64,000 nt of DNA, from IMG/VR virus record IMGVR_UViG_3300027687_002091, positions 5,068-69,067 of that record; one strand, 5' to 3'. The position numbers and the translations under genes were made by a program. The notes beneath the pieces were generated by a model that did not search any database, was not told the origin of the DNA, and saw only the letters and a list, made by a program, of their open reading frames with translations. This stretch comes from a virus. Positions 57,229 through 64,000 of this stretch are shown here, piece by piece (positions within the stretch are counted from its first letter, which is position 1; every line of letters begins with the position of its first letter).

Positions 57229-57804
57229 TTGTTACCAATATTAACTGACGTAGACGGTGTTCTCCTTAAATGGGAACCTGCATTTAGTAGCTGGATGGCT
57301 TCTAAAGGCTATACTGTAAAAACTCCTAACGTGTATAAGCAATCAACAAGATACGGTTTAGAACAAGATCTAGCAGATGACCTTGTAGAAAGATTTAACG
57401 AAAGTGCTTGGATGGGTTATCTTAAACCTATGGACGGTTCAGTTGAATATGTTGATCGTTTAGGCAGACGAGGTTTTACGTTTGAATGCCTTACTAGTCA
57501 AAGCGAAGATAAGTGTGCAGGTGATATTCGCAGATACAATCTAGAACAAGTGTTTGGCGATGAAGTAATTACAGACTGTACTTGTATTGCTACAGGTGCT
57601 GACAAAGATGAACACTTAAAGAAATGGGAACCTGGTCATTGGTGGATTGAAGATAAGCCTGCTAACTGTATTGCAGGACTCAAAGCAGGACACAAACCAA
57701 TTCTAATTACACATCATTATAATAAAGATTTTGAGCATGAAGGTGTGCATAGAGCCAATACATGGGAAGATATATATAATATCATTATTAAGGTTGACAA
57801 TTAA
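57229..57804 (+). CDS. HAD 5'(3')-deoxyribonucleotidase-like protein (T4 gp30.2-like)
   Basis: TDVDGVLLKW, LTS, WIEDK; start uncertain (ORF open from 57175). Confidence 0.8.
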   Translation: MLPILTDVDGVLLKWEPAFSSWMASKGYTVKTPNVYKQSTRYGLEQDLADDLVERFNESAWMGYLKPMDGSVEYVDRLGRRGFTFECLTSQSEDKCAGDIRRYNLEQVFGDEVITDCTCIATGADKDEHLKKWEPGHWWIEDKPANCIAGLKAGHKPILITHHYNKDFEHEGVHRANTWEDIYNIIIKVDN

Positions 57805-57864
57805 ATAAAAGAATATATACTATTACAAAACAAGTCATATAGATGTAACATATAGGAGGACACG

Positions 57865-58923
57865 ATGACAATTAAAATAACAGCTGAAATCTCAGCAGAA
57901 CAATTTCAAGACAGTTTTAATTTTACAGAAGCAAGTGGATTATATAACAATCCTAAGTTTAGACTTGTAGTAAATAAGTTTGGCAGATGCTATTGGCTAC
58001 TTGCACACGATAACCTACAAGGGCCTCGATTCAGCGGAAACAATGTATATTATCAAGGCAACAACTCAAGACTAATCCGTACAATATATCCTAATGCAAA
58101 ACGTATAATAGATGTTGGTGCTAACGTAGGCAACAATACTATTGCGTATGGCGAGTGGGCTGAAGTAGTAGAAAGTTTTGAACCTACTCCAACTACTCTT
58201 AAAATGCTACGTGCAAATATTGCTATTGCACAACAACAAAAACTAAAAGGTGTGTATTGGAAAGGTACAGATCAAGAAGGCGATATGTATCGAGATGAAG
58301 ATGCAAAATCAGGTTGGTATATATACAAAGGTATACATCAAAGCATGGATGTTACTGCACAAATAAACATACATGAAGTTGCGGCAACTAATCGTAACGA
58401 AGGTACTATTGATATTTTAGATCACACAGATCACGGTGGACATAATCATGTTGTATTAGACAGTGACAATATTAAACTACGTGATAGTCAAAATCTAGTA
58501 CCTGTACCTGCACGTACAATAGATAGTTACAATTTTGAAGACGTTGATTGTATCAAGATTGATGTTGAAGGCAGTGAACTATTAGTTATGCAAGGCGCAA
58601 AAGATACAATCGAACGTTGCCGTCCTAGTGTACAAGTTGAAATAGTTCCTAAGCAGTGTAAAATGTTTGGTTATGAACCACAGGATTTATACGACTTCTT
58701 TGCAGAACTTGATTATGTATGTGTAAGTGCAGTTCGTAGACCTATGAACAAAGAACAAAGAGATTTGCATTGGGGTATGAACATTGGCATGAAACATCGT
58801 CAAATTAAGAAGTATATGGATAGACTGTTTGTACCACGTGAGGTACATGACGCAACCGATTATAAAGCAATGGCACAAGCAAACATAGATTCAAATGCGG
58901 CCAACTTGTTTGATTTTGGTTAA
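57865..58923 (+). CDS. FkbM-family methyltransferase
   Basis: IDVGANVG, SFEP, IKIDVEGSE.LVMQGA; promoter TTGACA at 57794. Confidence 0.88.
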   Translation: MTIKITAEISAEQFQDSFNFTEASGLYNNPKFRLVVNKFGRCYWLLAHDNLQGPRFSGNNVYYQGNNSRLIRTIYPNAKRIIDVGANVGNNTIAYGEWAEVVESFEPTPTTLKMLRANIAIAQQQKLKGVYWKGTDQEGDMYRDEDAKSGWYIYKGIHQSMDVTAQINIHEVAATNRNEGTIDILDHTDHGGHNHVVLDSDNIKLRDSQNLVPVPARTIDSYNFEDVDCIKIDVEGSELLVMQGAKDTIERCRPSVQVEIVPKQCKMFGYEPQDLYDFFAELDYVCVSAVRRPMNKEQRDLHWGMNIGMKHRQIKKYMDRLFVPREVHDATDYKAMAQANIDSNAANLFDFG

Positions 58924-58931
58924 ATTACTAC

Positions 58932-58960
58932 TTGACTTTACTCTATTATGATAGTATTAT
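58932..58960 (+). promoter_or_regulatory. sigma70-type promoter
   Basis: TTGACT-17-TATTAT. Confidence 0.75.
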
Positions 58961-59040
58961 AGTAGAGTAAAGTAAAAAACTAGTCTACGTGATTAGTATA
59001 AAACAACAACTAAAGCTCTACGTGAGCAAGGAGAAAAACA

Positions 59041-60432
59041 ATGGCGACACCATTTCAAAACAAACATGCCTTCGATCCACGAGGATTTGGTAACTATCTT
59101 TTTAATGTAACAGAAGTTGACCCTGCTAACCCAGGTGATGCTAAACCTATTGGTTCTTTTACTAAAAAAGGACTAGCACGCCTAATGGCAAAATACAATT
59201 TACAAACTGAAATTAACCTTGATAAAGACAAAGAGACACTACCTAATATTGTAGATGCAGTTCTTAATCATTACAAAGAAACAGGAATTCTAAAAGGAAT
59301 CTTACTTCCTTTTATTACAGAAAAATCTTTGTTGCAAGAGCCAGATGAATTACTGTATGATATTAATAAAGTTTGGCTTAACTATGGCCCTAATGGTAAG
59401 GGTGGGCAACGTAATCCTAAACCAAAGCACATTCTTGAAATGATTCGTAAGTGGCAAATTAATTTGCTTACTGTTGGTATGGCTCGTAGAAATGTTAACG
59501 GAGAAGTATTTGTTAACGAAGGACAACAACGTTCAATTGCGGCCTCTATCTTAGGTAAAACAAAAATGTGTTATCAATGTATTATTTCAGATGATGACTC
59601 ATGGGATCCTATTGCATACAAAGGTGAAAATAGTGGTAAGTTATCACAATCAAATGTTGAGACTTTTGAATCAGATGCAATCATTATAAGTAATCAGCTT
59701 GAAAAATCTAAACAAGGTCCACATGCAGAATTAGGATTTGATGCAGTTCAAGAGATTACAAAATTACATCCTGAAGCAGATGAGTTTATTCATTACAAAA
59801 TGAAACGTATTTTGAATTGGAATAGAAACTATCCTATCGAAATGGTCAATTCAGATGCACCTAGTAAAGAACGTTTTTCTACAGGACATTGTAGTAATTA
59901 CAACCAGATGTTTGATATATTTGAAACACCTGAATATACAATGAACGATGACAGAGTTGTAAAATCAGCACTTAACTTTTATCAACAAGTTTGGAGTAAA
60001 CGTGCATTAATTACAGGTGACTTGATTTTATTTTTAGAATTCTTTTATTTTAATCAAGACTGGTTTTATAAAATGAGTAACGAAGATCAAGAATACTTTC
60101 TTATTAGAATGAAAAATGCAATTCAACCTGTGTGGGTAGATAATGATACTGCAAAAGCAGGTGCTGGCAATAAGGCTGTTTGGAATATTGTTCAAGATGC
60201 AAGAAAGGATAATTATCCTAACAAAACAATTGACGAACAACAAAAGAATGGTATATATTACAAATATGCAAGTCCGCGTGTAGCACAATGTATGTGGATC
60301 GGAACTGCTCTTTATTCATTACTGAAAGCAAGAATGGTCAATGAATATAATGATGCTGATAAACTAGTTCAGCCATTTACTACAACTGACGACGGTACTG
60401 TAATTACCTACGATAAGTTGAGTGTAGCTTAA
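59041..60432 (+). CDS. ParB/Srx-like (DGQHR-type) domain protein
   Basis: GQR...VFVNEGQQRSIAA motif. Confidence 0.5.
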   Translation: MATPFQNKHAFDPRGFGNYLFNVTEVDPANPGDAKPIGSFTKKGLARLMAKYNLQTEINLDKDKETLPNIVDAVLNHYKETGILKGILLPFITEKSLLQEPDELLYDINKVWLNYGPNGKGGQRNPKPKHILEMIRKWQINLLTVGMARRNVNGEVFVNEGQQRSIAASILGKTKMCYQCIISDDDSWDPIAYKGENSGKLSQSNVETFESDAIIISNQLEKSKQGPHAELGFDAVQEITKLHPEADEFIHYKMKRILNWNRNYPIEMVNSDAPSKERFSTGHCSNYNQMFDIFETPEYTMNDDRVVKSALNFYQQVWSKRALITGDLILFLEFFYFNQDWFYKMSNEDQEYFLIRMKNAIQPVWVDNDTAKAGAGNKAVWNIVQDARKDNYPNKTIDEQQKNGIYYKYASPRVAQCMWIGTALYSLLKARMVNEYNDADKLVQPFTTTDDGTVITYDKLSVA

Positions 60433-60953
60433 TGCAATATACTGATCAAATAAATCAAATGATCCTCGGTAGAAAAATTACCGAGGATCAAACTTGTAGA
60501 AAGACTTGGAAAAGTCTTAAGGCTTACAAAGATACACACAGTTTCAATGATGTTCGGTTTGATTATGCATATAGGTTAGCAAAATCTTGGCCAGGTGGAA
60601 CTGTAGAGGATTATGTGCAAAACAAAATGCCTCTACATACAGAAAGTAATAATGCAAAATATTATTTAGATTATGGCAAAGGAAAAAATAAATTGTCTAA
60701 TATACATAGAGATATGTTTATTAAAAATCCTGAATTAGCATATGAATACAAAATGTATCATTGTCCAGAAAATGATCACTGTCCAATACCAAAATCAAAG
60801 GGTGGAAAGTGCGAATACAAAAATTTAGAATGTGTTCCAAAGTATGCAAATGTAAGTTCACAAGATGTCGATCTAAATGATATAATTGAATCATATGAAC
60901 TAGCATTGAACATATACAAAGATATTGCCAAAAGAACTGCCAATGATAACTGA
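60432..60953 (+). CDS. HNH-motif nuclease-like protein
   Basis: NDHCPIPKSKGG...NLECVPKYAN. Confidence 0.55.
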   Translation: MQYTDQINQMILGRKITEDQTCRKTWKSLKAYKDTHSFNDVRFDYAYRLAKSWPGGTVEDYVQNKMPLHTESNNAKYYLDYGKGKNKLSNIHRDMFIKNPELAYEYKMYHCPENDHCPIPKSKGGKCEYKNLECVPKYANVSSQDVDLNDIIESYELALNIYKDIAKRTANDN

Positions 60954-61368
60954 TGATAAACTACTAGGTCATGCTAGGGCTATACTAAAGCCAAACATGC
61001 GACACAAATGGGAGAACGGAAAAGTGCCAAAGAAAGAAACAGATAATATATTAGATATGATAAGGAGTAAACAAACCTATCTATCAAATATTCCACCAGT
61101 AGAAGAAACATTAATCCAAAAGACCCTAACGCAGAAACAGTGGACAAGATTTGCCAAAGCCTTTATAAATGAAGTAGGTGGTTCTAAAGTTGACGATACT
61201 ACCGGTCTCACACACGATGAGTTTTTGGATTGGATCGGACACGACCTACAAATATTCGAAGAATATGACTGGACCCCAAAGAAAGTTGATAATGACAAAT
61301 TACGTGCTTTTATTAATAGTCTAGACTATCCAAAAAACAAATTTGAAAAGTTGTTCAAAATAACTTGA
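60943..61368 (+). CDS. Hypothetical protein
   Basis: Overlapping tandem ORF. Confidence 0.6.
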   Translation: MITDDKLLGHARAILKPNMRHKWENGKVPKKETDNILDMIRSKQTYLSNIPPVEETLIQKTLTQKQWTRFAKAFINEVGGSKVDDTTGLTHDEFLDWIGHDLQIFEEYDWTPKKVDNDKLRAFINSLDYPKNKFEKLFKIT

Positions 61369-61393
61369 CATTTGATATGAAAAATGTTACAAT
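61365..61393 (+). promoter_or_regulatory. sigma70-type promoter
   Basis: TTGACA-17-TACAAT. Confidence 0.75.
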
Positions 61394-61413
61394 AAAACAA
61401 TGAGGAGTACAAT

Positions 61414-61578
61414 ATGAAATTTCCAAGACCACAATCTAGTAGTATTGGTACTACAGGCCTATCTGGTGTAACATTAATGGCACTGCATTTAAGCGGTACT
61501 ATTACTGGATGGGGTTGGCCTATACTATATATAATTCTCATTGTAAGTGCAATTGGACAAGAAAATAGGAAAGGGTAA
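61414..61578 (+). CDS. Small membrane protein (not in ORF track)
   Basis: SD GAGGAG; LMALHLSGTITGWGWPILYIILIV. Confidence 0.6.
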   Translation: MKFPRPQSSSIGTTGLSGVTLMALHLSGTITGWGWPILYIILIVSAIGQENRKG

Positions 61579-61579
61579 T

Positions 61580-61705
61580 ATGGCAAAAAGAAATAAATTA
61601 GAGAGAAAACTAGATGAGTACAATCATACAATGGAACTTGTAAGAACCATTGTGCCGGTTGCTGTTTTAGTTTTACAAGTAATTATTTTAGTAAAGTTGG
61701 TTTAA
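61580..61705 (+). CDS. Small membrane protein (not in ORF track)
   Basis: 41 aa, YNHTMELVRT followed by a TM. Confidence 0.5.
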   Translation: MAKRNKLERKLDEYNHTMELVRTIVPVAVLVLQVIILVKLV

Positions 61706-62245
61706 ATGGCAATACACGGAATGATTGACTTAGAGACATTAGGTGTTGAGCCTGATAGTGTTATAATCACTTTAGGTGCAGTTAAGTTTGATCCGTATAG
61801 TGATGCCGAACCTAATCACGGTTTATACCTACGTTGTGATGTAGAAGAACAATCAGAAAAATACAGTCGTAGTATTGATGACAACACCTTAGCATGGTGG
61901 AGCAGGCAAAAGCAAGAAATCCAAGATGAAGCCTTTGGTGATCATGAACGTGTAAATATGGATAGCCTAACTAAACAACTTAACAAATGGTGTGTTGGAG
62001 TTGACTTTCTATGGTGCCAAGGACCTTTATTTGACTATGCAATACTACAAAACTTATACAAAACTGTTGGCAAGCCTTGCCCGTGGAACTTTTGGCAAAT
62101 TAGAGATAGTCGAACTGTATTTGGAATGATGCAAACTGATCCACGTAAAGCAATACAAGAAGAACTACACAATGCTCTAGCAGATTGTTATTACCAAGCA
62201 AAATGCTTACAGCAAACATACAAACACTTTGGAGTTACTAAATGA
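61706..62245 (+). CDS. DEDDh 3'-5' exonuclease (DexA/RNase AS-like)
   Basis: MIDLETLG, FD, RDSRT, HNALADC. Confidence 0.88.
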   Translation: MAIHGMIDLETLGVEPDSVIITLGAVKFDPYSDAEPNHGLYLRCDVEEQSEKYSRSIDDNTLAWWSRQKQEIQDEAFGDHERVNMDSLTKQLNKWCVGVDFLWCQGPLFDYAILQNLYKTVGKPCPWNFWQIRDSRTVFGMMQTDPRKAIQEELHNALADCYYQAKCLQQTYKHFGVTK

Positions 62246-63156
62246 AAGAATTATGGGTAGAAAAATATCGTCCTAGTACAGTTGACGGATATGTATTTAG
62301 AGATAATGCACAACGTCAGCAAGTTAACCAATGGATTACAGATGGTACTATTCCGCATTTGTTGTTTAGTGGTAATGCAGGTATTGGTAAGACAACACTA
62401 GCAAAGATTCTTCTTAATCAACTAGAAATAAACGACCTTGATGTACTAGAGATTAATGCTAGTAGAACAAACTCAGTAGAAGATGTACGTGACAAGGTTG
62501 TAAACTTTGTACAAATGATTCCATTTGGTGACTTTAAGGTTGTGCTACTTGATGAGGCTGATTACTTGAGTCCAAACGCACAAGCGGCGTTGCGTGGTGT
62601 TATGGAAGAGTATCATACTACTGCACGTTTTATTCTTACTTGTAATTACCCAAACAGAATTATTCCTGCACTACACAGCAGGTGTCAAGGCTTTCATATT
62701 GAACGTATTGACCAAACAGAATTTACTGCACGAGTTGCAGAAATTGTTCTTACAGAAGGTGTTACTCCAGACTTGGATATCTTAGACACTTATGTAAAAG
62801 CAACGTATCCTGATTTGCGTAAATGTATTAACATGGTGCAAATGAATTGTGTTGACGGTAACTTAGTGCCGCCAGCTAAAGCAGACTCAGGTGATGCTGA
62901 CTATAAGATTGAGATGGTCGAATTATTTAAAGCAGGCAAGATTGGACAAGCACGTAAACTTGTTTGTAGTCAAGCTCGACCAGAAGAGATTGAAGATATA
63001 TACAAATGGCTGTATGACAACATTGATTTATTTGGTGACGAAGAAAAGCAAGAAAATGCTATCCTAATCATTAAACAAGGACTTGTAGATCATACGTTAG
63101 TTTCCGATCCGGAGATTAATTTAGCCGCAACCTTAATTAGATTGGCAAGATTATAA
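62242..63156 (+). CDS. Clamp loader subunit (RFC small / T4 gp44-like)
   Basis: LWVEKYRP, GNAGIGKTT, INAS, LDEAD, SRC. Confidence 0.93.
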   Translation: MKELWVEKYRPSTVDGYVFRDNAQRQQVNQWITDGTIPHLLFSGNAGIGKTTLAKILLNQLEINDLDVLEINASRTNSVEDVRDKVVNFVQMIPFGDFKVVLLDEADYLSPNAQAALRGVMEEYHTTARFILTCNYPNRIIPALHSRCQGFHIERIDQTEFTARVAEIVLTEGVTPDLDILDTYVKATYPDLRKCINMVQMNCVDGNLVPPAKADSGDADYKIEMVELFKAGKIGQARKLVCSQARPEEIEDIYKWLYDNIDLFGDEEKQENAILIIKQGLVDHTLVSDPEINLAATLIRLARL

Positions 63157-63597
63157 ATGAAGATTTTAATATTTGGATTACCCGGTAGTGGAAAAACTAC
63201 ACTAGCAAAACCCTTTGCAGACTTAATTGGAGCAGTACACATTAATGCAGATGCAGTACGTACTCAGTACGAAGGCCCTGATGTAACTAAATGGGACTTT
63301 AGTCCAGAAGGCCGTATGCAACAAGCACAGCGTATGCGTCATTTAGCTGATGGAGTAGTCATGGCTGGCAAAATTGCTGTTGCTGACTTTGTTTGCCCCA
63401 CAGCAGAAGCACGTACACAGTTTGCACCAAACTATACTGTTTGGATGGATACTATCAAAGAAGGAAGATTTGAAGATACTAATAAGATGTTTAAAGCACC
63501 TACACACTTTGACTACCATGTAAGAGAATGGTTTACTGATACGCATCAACAACTATCAGAAGTAGTTCTAAACTACATGGAGAAACAAAATGTTTGA
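63157..63597 (+). CDS. Adenylylsulfate kinase-like P-loop kinase
   Basis: GLPGSGKTT, NADAVR, DFS.EGR, DFVCP. Confidence 0.75.
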   Translation: MKILIFGLPGSGKTTLAKPFADLIGAVHINADAVRTQYEGPDVTKWDFSPEGRMQQAQRMRHLADGVVMAGKIAVADFVCPTAEARTQFAPNYTVWMDTIKEGRFEDTNKMFKAPTHFDYHVREWFTDTHQQLSEVVLNYMEKQNV

Positions 63598-64000
63598 TTC
63601 ACAAAAACCTACAACACAAATGCTAGGAAGATGGCAACCTTGGCATGATGGACATACAGAGTTATTCAAACGTGCATTAGCAGAAACAGGACAAGTATGT
63701 ATTCAAGTACGTGATGTATTTGGTATAGTAGGCGACGATGCCGGTGCTGGAAGAACTGTAGCACAAACAGATAATCCTTTTACACATACAGATGTAATGG
63801 ACGGTATTATTGCTGGCTTAGACAAATCCGGCTATACTTACAATAAAGAATATACTATTATGAAAGTACCTAATATTGTAGATATTAGTTATGGTAGAGG
63901 TGTAGGTTACACTTTTACAGAACATGACTTAGGAAAAGAGATACATAATATTAGTGCTACAAAGATACGTGCAGAAATGCGAGATAAAGGAGAACTATGA
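63590..64000 (+). CDS. Cytidylyltransferase-like nucleotidyltransferase
   Basis: GRWQPWHDGH, NPF, YGRGVGY, ISATKIR. Confidence 0.8.
   Translation: MFDSQKPTTQMLGRWQPWHDGHTELFKRALAETGQVCIQVRDVFGIVGDDAGAGRTVAQTDNPFTHTDVMDGIIAGLDKSGYTYNKEYTIMKVPNIVDISYGRGVGYTFTEHDLGKEIHNISATKIRAEMRDKGEL

Noticed and set aside
1-64000. CRISPR array, DGR/retron, integrase, transposase, intron or intein
   Set aside because: No spaced direct repeats, reverse transcriptase, recombinase or splice signatures seen by eye.

Overview
This is a 64-kb segment of a large, AT-rich, tailed dsDNA phage with a T4-like programme: sigma70-type early promoters, TATAAATA/TAAATA late promoters, and almost all genes on the + strand. 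A marine proteobacterial host is inferred from hemO-pcyX, a ROSE-controlled sHsp and a 17-kDa-antigen-type lipoprotein. Auxiliary genes: rpsU, guaC, hsp20, clpS, two clpP, heme oxygenase plus PcyX, peroxiredoxin, nfuA/iscU/two iscA, queD, PMM, uvsE, a curli-like csgF-csgG-curlin-FecR-curlin-CHASE2 cyclase operon, and four tRNAs. Structural and replication genes: a tail/baseplate block with a 2400-aa fibre and an S8 protease, DNA ligase, a DnaE fragment and a clamp loader. Most striking observations: (1) a leader-peptide attenuator (RWPP leader, antiterminator, terminator) directly upstream of tRNA-Trp and tRNA-Pro, the tRNAs that read its control codons; (2) two phycobiliprotein-like Cys-x-Arg-Asp domains in the giant virion protein of a phage that encodes bilin synthesis; (3) a curli/cAMP module with a palindromic operator and a divergent Fis-type HTH gene; (4) a glutamine riboswitch on an unannotated 38-aa ORF; (5) a rare tRNA-Ser(ACU). 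All calls come from reading motifs by eye; no searches were run.
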